Part shown: positions 37,687-51,465 of the stretch, one piece after another
How the letters are laid out: each line of letters opens with the position of its first letter
Position numbering within the stretch: position 1 is the first letter of the stretch
NCBI RefSeq assembly: GCF_009914755.1
Contig: NC_060931.1
DNA: 64,000 nt
Direction: 5' to 3' (one strand)
Source: the human T2T-CHM13v2.0 reference genome, Homo sapiens
Translations under genes and position numbers: made by a program
Notes under the pieces: model-generated
What the model saw: only the letters and a program-made list of their open reading frames with translations
Database searches by the model: none
What the model was told of the DNA's origin: nothing

Positions 37687-38723
37687 CTAGTTTCAGCTTT
37701 CATGAACAAGTTACATAACTTTAATTTTCACAAGAAAAAAGTTTTAGTTAATGGCTCTTTCTTTTCCACATAATTTCTCAATCCTCTTCCAATATCCTTC
37801 AAAGGAGGAATATAAAGCACTCAAGGGCTTTTTGGATACTTGGATGTTACTGTTAATAGCAAAATATTGTGGATTGCCTAACCTGGTTCATAAAATACAC
37901 ACCTGAAGTCTCAAGCTTCCCCTCCACCACTCAACCTGACCATGTCTGCTAATTTTTGGTAACGCAGAAAACAGGAGAGATCTGTTGAGAGGTGCCATCT
38001 CATTTTTACTGTTATGTTCTGAGTTGGCCCTCAAATAGAACCTTCATATAGACCTAATACCATTCTCTGGTCCTTCTTCTTGCATCAAAGGTAAAAAAGT
38101 ACCTGAAAATTGTAACAATCATCTTACCCTCTCACCAGACTAATGTCCAGCAAATAAAGGATAGGATTCAGGACAATAGGGAAACAAATCTCTTCACCTG
38201 AGATCTCATTTATTGGAAAAGTATGAGTTCTCTGAACCTTGTCTCAGAGCCTTATAAAATGTGAAGAGCTAAAGGGAAATCATTTCATTTCTTTGAACTT
38301 TGGTTTACTCAATTAAAAAGTGGGTGTAATACCTGTTCCATAAAATTGTTATATGGATTAAATGAGATTAATGTGAAATGGCTGGCTATAAAAATTCTCA
38401 TCTTCAGGTTATTATAGGTAGTCCTGGTTCTACTACCAGCTAGAATGTTGGTCCATATTTATCACAGACAATTACTAAAACAAGAATATTTGCATAACAC
38501 TCCATAGTTTACAAAGCACACTGACCTAAAGAATACTTTCACTTATGCATATTCAAATGTTAAATCTGGGTAATATTTTTACCTGTTCAGACACGAAGTC
38601 TGGGCATTTGGGAGGAACCTTTATTAAGAAACATTAAGCAGCTGTGTGCCAGAGTTTTGGCAAGCTGACATTCACTAATTATAATTTAACACATCTACAT
38701 TGAGCTCACATATGTGCTAGTGC

Positions 38724-39256
38724 AGCAGTTCTCAAACTTTTGGTCTCAGTACTCCTTTACATTCTTAAATATTATCGAGAACCCCAAAGAGTATTTCTTT
38801 ATGTGAAATATATCTATTGATATTTATTGTATTAAAAATTAAAACTGAGAATGTTTTAAAATATTACTACTTCATTAAAAAACCAATTCATTAAAATTCA
38901 TCAAATAACACTAAACCGTTACATGATAATGTAAAAAACATATTTTGATGAAAAATAACTGTATCTTCCAAAACAACAACAAAGAAATAGTTTGGAGTGC
39001 CATTGCTTTACATTTTTGCAAACCCCTTTAATGTCTAGCTTAATAGAAGATAGCCGGATTATTTTGTTTTTGCATTCAAGCTGTTGCAATATCACACTTC
39101 ACACAATCTCTGGAAAATGACACTGTGTGCTCATTAAATAATGGGAACAAAAAAGGTAAAAAATACGTCTTATTATTGTAATTAAGACATTGACGTCTTG
39201 GCACATCTCAAGAGATTCCCTCTTGAGGTTTCCCCATTCCACACTTCAACCAATGT
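38724..39256. mobile_element. hAT/Charlie non-autonomous element (Charlie4-like)
   Basis: cagcagttctcaaacttttggtctcag...cctttacattcttaaa; tgctagtg repeated on both flanks as an 8-bp TSD. Confidence 0.7.
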
Positions 39257-39309
39257 GCTAGTGCCTAGTATCCAATTATCACTCAAGAAGTAATTGTCAA
39301 ATAAAGTAA

Positions 39310-40650
39310 TGAATACCATATCCTGGGCCAGGTGCTGAGGCTACAGAGGTGGACAAGACAAGAGATCTTGACTTTAAGGAGTTTAGACTTAAATTTGTCT
39401 CTCTTAAATAGGAGACAAGTATTTACAAAACTCTGCTACTAGAACTACCATAGGAGAAAACACAAGATACTATGGGAGGTGAGAGGGTACCTAGCCTAGT
39501 TTTTGGTGATCAAGGAAGACTTTTAGAGAAAATAGTGGTTAAGCTGAGACTTAAAGGAAAAACCAGGTAAGGAATGCAAATGTAAAAAGGAGAGTGAAGT
39601 GGGAGCAGCAGGGCTTACTAGGATTTAGGGTGAGCAAGGTATAGCAGATTAGCCAGAAATGAGGGAATGTGTCATGCAAGTTTCTTCAAGGAAAATTTTA
39701 AGACTTTAAACAGGGGACTGACATAGTTAAAGTTTAGAAAGGTCACTCTGGGTACGATGTAAAGGATGAGTTGCAGTATTACCGGCCAGAAAAGCTACTG
39801 CAAGGAGTTGAGGCAGGAGATAATTATGGCTTAAGTAGAATAGTAATGAAGCGGAGAGAAATGGAAAATTAGAGTTGAGAAGGAAAAACTGATAGGGCTT
39901 TCTAATGGCTGACAGAGAGAGACGGGCTGAGTAAATACCCATATTTCTGGTTTACAAAAGCGGGTTGATGATACCCACTTTTAGAGATTAGAAACATAAA
40001 AGCTGGTAAAATAAAGAGTTTAGTTTGGGATTTTTGAGATATCTTGGAACATCCAGGACAGATATTTTGAAGGCAGTAAGACATATAGGTTTGTAGTCAG
40101 AAGAGAGAACTGGACTAGAAACTTGCATTAGGAGTTACTAGTGTATATACGGCGGCTGAAGCCATGAAGGTGAATGAGACCACATAAAGGATAATGTAAA
40201 AAGTGAGATAGAAACAAATTGCACACAACTTTGGGGTTCATGGATATTTGACAGCCAGAAGGGGGTCCTGAAAGGTAAAATAGAGACACAGAGATCTAGG
40301 AGAAAAACTAGGAAAGTGTGGTTTCACAAATCAAGGCATATGAATGCAGAAGGCCAAGGGTTCTAGTATCAAATGCTGCAGAGAGGTCAAGGAAAATAAG
40401 ACAAAGGGTCTACTGGATTGAACACAAGAGGTTCTTGGTGACCTCGTTGAGAATTTCAGTGGAGTGGTAGTTGCAGAACCCAGAAGCTTGTTGAATAAAG
40501 AACCCATTGACTGCAGTTCCTGGAAAGGCAGGAGGAGTGAGAATCTAGAGAACGAGCACAAAGAGATGGAATACAGGGAACTGGCAGAGATATGTGCCTC
40601 AGACAGGGGGGCACCTAATCTACCGTGAAGCTTGAAAGAATGAGTATGGA
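39310..40650 (-). mobile_element. L2
   Basis: Reverse L2 3' region motifs (gccaggtgctgaggctacagag, agaaaggtcactctgg, tcaaatgctgcagagaggtcaagg). Confidence 0.7.
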
Positions 40651-40674
40651 GACATAAAATTGTTGGAGTTCCTG

Positions 40675-40964
40675 TTTTTTTTTTCTGAGACGGAGCCTCG
40701 CTCTGTCACCAGGGCTGGCAGTGGCACGATCTTGGCTCACTGCAACCTCTGCCTCCTGGGTTCAAGCAATTATCTTGCCTCAGCCTCCCTAGTAGCTGGG
40801 ATTACAGGCACCCGCCAAGACATCCGGCTAATTTTTGTATTTTTAGTAGAAACAGGGTTTCACCATGTTGGCCAGACTGGTCTCGAACTCCTGACCTCAG
40901 GTGATGTGCCTGCCTCGGCCTTCCAAAGTTCTGGGTTTACAGGCATGAGCCATCACGCTCAGCC
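40675..40964 (-). mobile_element. AluS
   Basis: Reverse Alu; TSD gagttcct. Confidence 0.92.
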
Positions 40965-41450
40965 TGAGTTCCTCTTTGATGGTTTCTATTTTTTTCTATT
41001 CTCTTATTTGAGAATAAGTGAGGGGAGTGGTTTGAAAAATAAGGAGAAAATCAGAAGTGGCTGTTGTGGAAATTAAGAGAGAGCCAACTAGGGAAACAAG
41101 CATTGCTTGGTAAAGTTGAAGGCCCACGTGAGTTTGGACGCTGTAAATATGTGGTGGAAACCATCTATATGGTCTGTCCAGAATTTCAGATCAGTTTTTT
41201 TAAATCTGTTTCTGAGTCAGTAAAGTCTAGGCTATATTTTATTAACAAATAAATGCAATAAAGAGATCATAAATATTGCAAATAAGTGCAATAAAGAGAT
41301 CATAAGATCAATACAATTCTCTTTCCTCGTGCACCACGTATAATTTGCATAACACATGTATATACATTATAGAACATTGGCTATGAAACCTCCCTACAAA
41401 GAAAGTTCCTCAGAATATCATTATTTCATTGCCTGTAACACTCCGTATAA

Positions 41451-41777
<327 letters not shown>

Positions 41778-42039
41778 TAGTGAAGCTATCATAGTGTGGG
41801 GTGAACATGAACAAACTTCAGACAAGGAATTTAATATAGTTTCTATTAAGAATTTATCCATTTTCATAGCACAAAATAACACAATTCACCTCTTTCATAC
41901 CCATTAAGAGATCTTCCTCAAAGAAATATTATCAATAGAGATGGGAGGCAAAGATTTACTTCCTTTAGACTATTAGGTTATATTAATATAAGTATTTGCT
42001 TTAATTTTATATTTTAAAATAATCTATATTTAGGTAATA

Positions 42040-42270
42040 TTTACTAAGCATTGACTAAGCACCGTGTTCATGTATTAGTCTATTTAACTCTTATCAAAAT
42101 CCTGTTAGATAAGTATTATCTCCGTTTATAGATGAGGAAACTGGATCACAGGAAAGTTTAAGTAACTTGTTCTTGGTTGCAAGCCTAATAAATGGAGAGC
42201 TGGGATTTGAACTCAGGCAGTCTGACTCCGGAGGCTATATACATTTACCCTCCTTGGTACACTGCTTTTT
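42040..42270 (-). mobile_element. MIR
   Basis: tatagatgaggaaactg...aagtaacttg...ggatttgaactcaggcagtctgactcc. Confidence 0.8.
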
Positions 42271-43518
42271 TTCAAAAATAGAAATTCAACAAAATTTCCC
42301 AAAGTAAAAGTTCATTTGAAGTTTCAGAAACTTAAAACAATGATTGAACAGATAAGTTGCAACAGACTTCATAAGCAGTTCAGTAAAAATGTAGACTTAC
42401 GAAATGGCATATATCAAGATACAAAATAAGTTGCTTCTATAAGTTTCTTTTCTTAAAAAAAATTACTTGGAAATATTTCAAGTATATAGAACAGTAAAGG
42501 AAATAATTACAAGTGAACACCCATGTGCCCTCTACTTAGCTTAATGTTTTGCCACATTTTCAAGATATTTCTGGTAGAAAACAAACGTTATAGATACAAA
42601 TGAACCCTTCTTGTTACATTCCCTTCTGTTCATCTCTGGAAGCAACCAGTATTCTGAATTTGGTATCTATCATTTCCTTATACAATTTTTAGTTTGATCT
42701 TACTTTTTTGTAATTATTAAACTTTTATTTATGGTATGTCATATATATCTTTCCGCAACCTGTCTTTTCATTTCTTCCTCAATATTAGGTTAATGACTCT
42801 ATCCATATGAAAAATGGTAGCTTTAGTTCACTGATTTTTTGGTTCGTGTTGTATGTCAATTTGTTCAACAATGACACTTATTCATCCATTCTCCTATTAG
42901 TAGACATTTATTGTTTCACTAATATAAGCTATTTTGCTCTGAACTTTCTTGCACGTGCCTATAACTTAAAAATACACATACTTTTTTAAAACATGCAGTT
43001 AAACAGGAACATACACATTTCTTTAACATGTAGTTAAACAGGAAAAGTAACACATGTGCATGAAGAATACAACCAAGAGAGCCATCACGTTCAAGAAAAG
43101 ACCACAGGTTATTCCGAGTGAAGTAAGGCTTTCACTAGAAGGCACTTGGGGAACGTTCCAATGACAGCGACATTCATCGCTACAGTAGAAACTCACACAA
43201 TCGCAGCCCTTTATTAGTATTTTGTTACCCAGTAGTTCCTGTGTCCATTCATTTCCTCAACTGGAGTGTGAGCTCCAAGAGGACCGAACCGGGCACCGAC
43301 AAGGTGAGCCAATATGAATGTGGCGAGTCCGCAATGGGGGCTACAGCGGCCGACCTCTGGGGCTGTGCCAGGCCACTAGAGTGTGATGGCGCGAGGGAAG
43401 GGTCGGGGAAACAGGGCCTAACCTCACTTTTCACCCCGAAAGTCAAGATAGCCACGGAAACAGGGATGAATGGGGAGCACAGACACCTGCCTCGAAGTGT
43501 CTCTTCACTTTCACTCAC

Positions 43519-43730
43519 AAAGCCGTCGGGTCAGTAACCAGAAGCCGAGGGGCGGATGCGGCCCCCGCCCTGTGGCACTTTCTCAGTCTGGTTCTTCCAG
43601 CCGCGCCTCTTTGCCTTACGCCAATTCCGTAAGGAGGCGCTGAGGCCAACTGGCCGGCTCCCGCAGCTCCAAAACTTGACGTGAAATTGCGCGGGGCAGA
43701 GCTGACTGCGGCCATCTTTAATTCGGGCAA
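43519..43730 (-). ncRNA. Candidate first exon of a divergent lncRNA (recalled as SEPTIN7-DT)
   Basis: Minus-strand donor TTT|GTGAGT (actcac 43513-43518) downstream of a minus-oriented AAGATGGCCGC; the TSS cannot be fixed from sequence. Confidence 0.45.
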
Positions 43731-44210
43731 GACCCCACCCTCGCACCCCACCCACTAGTCCTTTTCAGCGTTCCCAGGATTTTCTCCAACAAATGTAACG
43801 CGGTTAACCTTAGAAGCAGTGTTGAAGAAACACGCAAAGAGGCCTGAGTATCCATGACCTCAGTGGTGCGAAACCCGGCCAACTTAAACATGGCGGCTAA
43901 ACCCGAACAGCAAAACGTTGCTGACGCCAATGAAGTCATGCTCGAAATGGAGCGAGGCGGCGGAGCTGGGGAGGCGGTAATCTCGCGAGATGGAAGCCAG
44001 CCTCCGCTAGGCCCGGAAGCCTCGTCTGAGGGGGCGGGGGACGGAGGAGGGAGCGGGAGTCGAGCGAGAGCCTGTGGAGGAGTCCGCCTGCTGTAGCGTG
44101 CGTAAGCAAGGCAGCTACGCCGGGCGGCTACGCTGCGGAATCGGCGTAGGCGCCTTTGGAGAATCGGCGGGCTGCGCTCCGCTGGGGCTGGTCGCGGAGG
44201 GGGGGAGGGG

Positions 44211-44271
44211 ATGTCGGTCAGTGCGAGATCCGCTGCTGCTGAGGAGAGGAGCGTCAACAGCAGCACCATGG
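44211..44271 (+). CDS. SEPTIN7: Septin-7, first coding exon (partial CDS, phase-1 end)
   Basis: Translates MSVSARSAAAEERSVNSSTM(V), the recognised septin-7 N-terminus, followed by the donor G|GTGAGT at 44272. Too short for the ORF track. Confidence 0.95.
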
Positions 44272-47200
44272 GTGAGTCTCAGCTTCGGGCTGCCGCGACT
44301 TGGGGTCAGCGGCTCCGAATGCCGGGAAGCTCTGCGGCCGCTGGACCGAGCTAGGGAACGCCCTGAGGCGAGGCGGAGGCAGCGGCGAGGGGAGCCGGGA
44401 TGGGGGCCACTGCGGGCCCGGGGCGCGGCAGCGGCGGGCTCGGGGGGAGGGGAGGCGGCGGCGGTGACAGTTTGAATTGAACGTGAGGAGAGCCGAGGCG
44501 GCGGCATTTCCTGTGCCGCGGCGGGCTGGCCCCCGGCGCAGAGCCGCGGCCTCCGCGGCCGGAGCAGCCTGAGCGTGGTGGTCTCAGCCCTGCCCTTGCT
44601 TCTCTCCGTCCCTTCGCCTTTCCTCAGTCTCCTCCCGGGCCCGCCGGCTTCCGCGGCCCCGCTTCCTCCTGTCCCCGGCCGCATCCCCGTCGGCAGAAGT
44701 CCCCTCGTGGGGCAGTGGGCCTGGCTAGGAGGGTGGGGACGAGTGTGAACGCTCGGGCGAGGGTGCTGTGTGGGCCAACCCGGGCGGGCGGCGGCGGGGA
44801 GGGAGGAAGAAGGATGCACCAGGCTGAGGCTGTGGTGGAGGCGGCGGCGGCGGCTGCAGCCGCAGCTCCAGTCACCGCGTCGCCTCCCCGCTCCTCCTCC
44901 CGCCTCTCGGGGTTGCCTCTCTCCAGGCGCAGCCCGGAAGGCCGGTGGATGGCGGGCGAGTCTTGAGAACGGAGGGAGAATCGGTAGTTTGGTTTGGAAT
45001 TTGGGCTTAATTTTTAGGAGTAAGGGAAAGAGAACGCCTGGGAAGGGCGCCCCCCGGAGGAGATAGAAAGGGTGGGAAGGGTCCTTGGAAAAGGGAGGGA
45101 GCGGAGATGTGGAGTGGCGAAGTTTAGGGAAATTAATTTTTGAAAATATTTCAATATTCTCAGTTATTCTCTTAACGAGCCCTTTCATTTCCTTTCCTCC
45201 CCCACATGTTGGAAAAAGAACAGGCCATTTCATTTACATTTTCCACTCCTGAGTTCCATTTCAGCTGTGTGTATAGTAAGAAATAAGCAACCGAGATTTT
45301 TCTAGGACATTTCCATTTGCTGAGTTACTTTTGAAGAGTACACTGTTTCAAATTTGGGTTTTTACAGTCCTAGGAAAGAATTTGTGACGTCCAGGTGTTT
45401 TCTTAGTTACTGAAATAATAACTTACTACATTTCTTGAGTTTATTGCTAAATAGTTCAGCTTTAAGAATTCTTTCTTCTGGCTTTTTTATTTTGATGAAA
45501 GGAAAAAATATCTTTGTTAGTGCCCCTGAGAATGTAAATGAACAGATCATCTAAATTACTAAGCATCTAACCTGTTTTACATATTTATGCACATGCAGGT
45601 GATGAGTATAGTCAGTTTTTCCCCCTAAAGTTTATGTGCAGACATGGGGAGGAGAGTATTTTAGACTTAAAAGTGTACAGGTAGGGATGAAATTTATGGA
45701 ATCCTGATAGACTGAAGGGGGGATATAAACAATGACCAAGTCAGCTATTGCTGCTTGGATTCTTTATTTCTTCAGACTGCAAGGGAATGAGTAAGGGGTG
45801 GTTGGGTGGTGATGGGGGGGTGGTACGGTCGTGGCGGGAGAGCAGTAAACAATCTTTCATCTCATTCAGCTGTTCAGTGGGTGGGACTAAAGGAGATAAG
45901 AGTTGAGTGAAGCTATGAAATAAATGTGGAAGCTACATAGGTGATTTGCATGGTAGCATTGTCTTATTCTATGATGGGACAACATGATGGAACCAGGTCT
46001 TCATAACACAGTTATTAAAAATACATATTTTACCACATCTTAGGCTTACAGAATTCAAATTCACAACAAATAACAGAAATGTTAAGTTGATTTTAATTAG
46101 TTCTTATCCTTTAAAAAGAAAGGATATTGTCTTTTTCTAATGTAGCTTAACAATTTTTGTTGCAGGCTTTGGTTTGGAGATATTTGATGCATACATAATA
46201 CATGAAAGGTAGTGTTAAAAGATTGTATTTCAGAAGTTTGTGATAAAATTGGTTGTTCAGATTTGCACATTGTCCCGTAGAAGTCATTTTAAGTAAATCC
46301 ATGCCAGAACTTCTGAACAAGTCTGAGGCAAGTTAGGAATCCTTACAGAACCTAGGAGAATTTAGAGGAATATGCTAGGACAACAACAACAACAAAGCTT
46401 GGGGGAGAAGAGGGAGGAAGAAGAGTTACATCTATGGCTTCTAAGGTCTCAGTAATGGAGAGTGATCAGATGAGGGACCAGTCAGAATAAGGATAGTGGT
46501 AGAGCAGATTAGTTTCAGACTTTGTATAATTTGATGATATACATATTCATTGTAGACTGTATTCTGGGAATTGCCGATAGAGAATTCCTACCTGACTAAA
46601 TTGCCTGCTGAGAAATGTGTTTCACATTTTGAATTAATAAGCTATCTTCAATTTTTGATTATAAGTTGAACATTTTAAACTAATGATTTATGTCTTTTAC
46701 TAAGTTTTGAGACAAAACTTTTTGTATACTTCTTTTTTTGTACTAAGTTTGGACTGTAAAGATAAACTTTATTATACAATAGAAACTGAAGAAAAATTAT
46801 GTTTTTAAGGAGCAGAATTGTAAGGTAGTTTGATTATGGGTTTAGTTCGCTATATGAGAGCATACTGTTAAATGTAGACCATTGAACTCTACAGCAGTGT
46901 TTTGAAGACTGCAGGTTGTGACCCATTAGTGGACATTGCACTTAATATTTTGAGGGAGATTAAATTTTCTTTCAGGTATTGTGTACTAGGTGGGGAAGTA
47001 ATTTTTTTTAAGGATTGTGGTCAAAATGTACAGTATGGATGAGTCAAATCTAAGGTCTTCGAACCTTATGTTAGGGGTTGGAGGTCTTGGTGTGAGGAAG
47101 GAAGACTTTAAAATTAAAGACTGTTAAGTCCGTGTGGCTTTTTCTTACTTTGGATTCATTTATCCTGTACTCCATGTAGCTCGCATGGTTAGAGAGATCT

Positions 47201-47644
47201 GAGGCCTACTCCTATTTGAGAGGATGTTATCCCCCATAGCCAGAAACCAGGGTGGCTTCCAAAAGAAAAGGGTAGCATTCGGTGACTCTGCTTTAGGCCT
47301 TGAGGATGAATCTTTTCTTTGTTTTTGTCTTCCTGTGTCCTTTTGCATCATCAGAGATCTGGAGACTAAGCTTTGAGCATGGGCTTGGGGAAGAGGGGCC
47401 AAAGAGGCAGCTTGGCTGGCATTAAGTGTTGAAGGCCGTAGACCAGACACACACTAAATCCTTGTGACTTACACTTGGTGCAGTCCAGCTATCCAGATGT
47501 AGGGATTACACATTGGGGTTTGAGTTCAAAATCTTAATAATGATTTAGAACATGGGCTTTGATGTTAGATATGGATGCAAATCTTGGCTTTGCTACTCAA
47601 TAGATACACCAGTCAGAGTAGGTTAGATTGTAATTTTAAAAACT

Positions 47645-48351
<707 letters not shown>

Positions 48352-48932
48352 CTGCAAATAAAAAAAGTGGAAATGGAATAAGAAAGATAAACTATAAGCC
48401 CCAATTTTTTATTATTAGTTTCAATAGACATAAAATTATTCTGCTATTAAATTTTCCATTTTTGTGCTCTCAATTTGTGTTTCTCTGACATAAACTGATA
48501 ATTCACAGACTGGCTCATTGGTCCACAGACCACACTTTGCATAGCACTAGGTTAAACTATGCTGCAGCAACAGACTGTCATGCTAAAGTTTATGTACAGT
48601 ATTATGTTTTAGGCCAGTGTTAACTTTAAAAATACTATACTTTGAAAGCTGAGAATTAAGTATCCCCTGTGATTGGGGGGATAGCCTGAAGCTGCTCCTG
48701 CTTACGTTATTTTGAAGTTTTCTAAGTCTTAAGTATTCATGTGTCATTTGCATTTTATTCAATGTTTGTTTGCTTTATGTGAAATATAAAGATGATATTC
48801 TTCCTCCTTCCCCACTGATCTGGAAGTAAAAATGGACTTTCCTGAAGTTGTAACATCTTAATTCTGTTGTTTTGTTTAACTCTGGGACACAACTGACTAC
48901 TTCTGGTAGCTTTATTGGAGGTGAGGCTCCAG

Positions 48933-49142
48933 GTCAGAGTTTCTCATTTGAGGTTTTGTAATTATTTGAGGGAGGGGAGGGCTGTCTTGAGCATTGTACA
49001 GTATTTACCAGCATCCCTGCTGTCATCGTGCTAAGATGCCAGCAGCACATGCTCTCTCTGGTTGTGAAATGAAAAAAATGTCTACAGACATTGCCAAATG
49101 TCACGTCGGGGAGCAGAATCATCCTTGGTTGAGAACCACTGC
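48933..49142. mobile_element. MER20
   Basis: cagcatccctg...gatgccagcagcac...aaatgtctacagacattgccaaatgtc...gttgagaaccactg. Confidence 0.85.
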
Positions 49143-50187
49143 ACTAGGTGATGGAGAGCCATTGAAGGATTGTGGGAGACGGGGAAGAAGGAACAAGCTT
49201 CCTTAACTGTCTTACTTTTTACTTCTTCCTGGAACTCCTACCACTTAATATTCTTAGTATTTCCTAAACTTGGGAATCAAAATTACCTAGATTTTTTTGT
49301 ATTAAAAGTTTATCATTAATTGATATATTTTTGCAAAGCATGATCAGTAATTACTGGACATAGAACATTATGCTAGGTCATTATTTTCTAAAGTATGGTT
49401 GAAGGGTCAACCATGGCTTGGAGTTAAAAATGCAGATTAACTGGTTCCCACTACAAGACCCATTGATTAGCAATCTCTGGGAGAGGGACCCAGGAGTCTA
49501 CATTTCCAAATGCTTTCCGACTTATCAAGTAACTTCATTATTGTATGCTTTCATAGAAAAAAATACGTGGATTTTAAGTATTTAGTTCAATGAATTGCTG
49601 ATGTGCATACACACATCTTGTAGCCTTTATTCTAATCAAGATAGAGAATACTTCCACCATCCCAGAGTTTCTTGTGCCCTGTTGGAGTTCTCCTTCTACT
49701 GCCCCAGGTAACCACTGATAAGATTTCTAATAGCCATGAATTAGTTTTTTTGTTTTTGTTAGTTGACTCATTTAAAGTGTTTTTTCTGGGTAACTTTCTA
49801 AAGTCTCCCCATCCCTATAACTTCTTTATTATATAAGATTTCAAATAAAATGAACGTCATGGTGTTTTTCAAAGAATACAGATTCTCATAGTGTTTCACA
49901 CTTTGATAAATGATAGGCCTGGGATGGGGCCCTGAAAATCTTTGGCTCTGATTGACTGTTTTCAGGAAAATCAAAACTATTTTCCACCAGTTTTGCTGTG
50001 CTTTATAAAATATATTTGAAATATTCCTGCAGTGGTAATTTGAAACTTTTGTAAACTTTGTTCATTGATTTAACAAGTATTTGACTCCAGGAAGTATCAG
50101 ACACTTTGACACCATAGCAATCAAGAAAGCTGTGGTCATGGATGTTATGATGTTTCTGTTTTCATTTCTGAAATTGCTTTTTTAAAA

Positions 50188-50351
50188 CTTTTTTTTTTTT
50201 TTTGAAACGGAGTTTCGCTCTTGTTGCCCAGGCTGGAGTGCAATGGCACAGTCTCAGCCACCGCAGCCTCCGCCTCCCCGGTTCAAGTGATTCTCCTGCC
50301 TCAGCCTCCCGAGTAGCTGGGATTACAGGCATGTGCCACCATGCCCGGCTG

Positions 50352-50384
<33 letters not shown>

Positions 50385-51117
50385 TGGAGTCTCTCTGTGT
50401 CGCCCAGGCTGGAGTGCAGTGGCGCGATCTCGGCTCGCTGTAAGAAGGTCTGCCTCCCGGGTTCACACCATTCTCCTGCCTCAGCCTCCTGAATAGCTGG
50501 GACTACAGGCGCCCGCCACCGCGCCCGGCTAATTTTTGTATTTTTAGTAGAGACGGGGTTTCACTGTGTTAGCCAGGATGGTCTCAATCTGCTGACCTCA
50601 TGATCCGCCCGTCTTGGCCTCCCAAAGTGCTGGGATTACAGGCGTGAGCCACTGTGCCCTGCCAATTTTTGTATTTTTAGTAGAGACAGGGTTTCTCCAC
50701 ATTGGTCAGGCTGGTCTCGAACTCTCGACCTCAGGTGATCCACCTGCCTTGGCCTCCCAAAGTGATGGGATTACAGGTGTGAGCCACCGCACCTGGTTGC
50801 TTTTTAAAAATTTTATTGGGAGGTTTTTTGTTGTTGTTTTGTTTTTTTGAGACGGAGTCTTGCTCTGTCACCCAGGCTAGTGGCATGATCGTGGCTCACT
50901 GCAACCTCTGCCTCCTGGGTTCAAGTGATTCTCCTTCCTCAGCCTCCTAAGTAGCTGGGATTACAGGCACATGCCACCACGCCTAGCTAATTTTTGTATT
51001 TTTAGTAGAGACGGGGTTTCACCATGTTGGTCAGGCTGGTCTCTCCTGACCTCGTGATCTGCCTGCCTTGGCTTCCTAAAGTGCTGGGATTACAGGTGCA
51101 AGCCACCGCACCCAGCC
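50188..51117 (-). mobile_element. Alu cluster: AluSp-like host with AluY (50355-50661) in its linker, then a third Alu (50822-51117)
   Basis: AluY diagnostics (ttcacaccattctcc, ttagccaggatggtctc); host arms flank the insert. Confidence 0.92.
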
Positions 51118-51465
51118 TGGTTTTTTTTGTTGTTGTTTTTTTTAATAGGTAATATAATCACTTGGTTCAAAATTCAAAAGGTTAAACAGAGAGATACAGT
51201 GAAATCTCCTTCTTACTTCTACCCCCAAGTCACCCAGTTTCCTAGTCCTCGGCATCCTGTGTTAACAGTTTCTTGTATGTTCTTCCAAAGGTGTTTTTTG
51301 CATATGGAAGTTAAAAACATTTATCCTTCCTGCCCCCACCCTTGGTAGCATTAAGACACATTATTTCCCACATGTTTTTTTCCAATGAGTGTAATTTGGG
51401 TTATTCCGTATCAGTACATAAAGAGCATTCTTATTCTTTTATACAGCTGCATAACCGTTACATGA

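Larger units (their letters stand above)
43250..45070. promoter_or_regulatory. CpG island and bidirectional promoter of SEPTIN7
   Basis: Sharp GC/CpG enrichment around exon 1. GC boxes (43561, 44030), TGACG cores (43677, 43922), YY1 motifs (43708-43718 reverse, 43886-43897 forward), TCTCGCGAGA 43981-43990. Confidence 0.92.

Noticed and set aside
41253-41305. Duplicated tgcaataaa(a)gagatcataa with several AATAAA
   Set aside because: Local slippage duplication; no plus-strand upstream transcript is evident to use these poly-A signals
43854-44096. 80-aa plus-strand ORF and short uORF MEASLR (43990-44010) upstream of SEPTIN7
   Set aside because: Their ATGs fall within promoter motifs (YY1, CGCG element) and probably lie upstream of the main TSS; not supportable without TSS data
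44211-44280. Exon belonging to a SEPTIN7 pseudogene rather than the gene
   Set aside because: Peptide matches the recalled N-terminus with intact donor and CpG island, which excludes a processed copy; a recent unprocessed duplicate cannot be formally excluded without mapping
44115-45233. 372-aa antisense ORF, and the 183-aa ORF at 43718-44269
   Set aside because: Low-complexity Arg/Pro/Ala/Gly translations expected from stop-poor GC-rich CpG-island DNA; no recognisable domain
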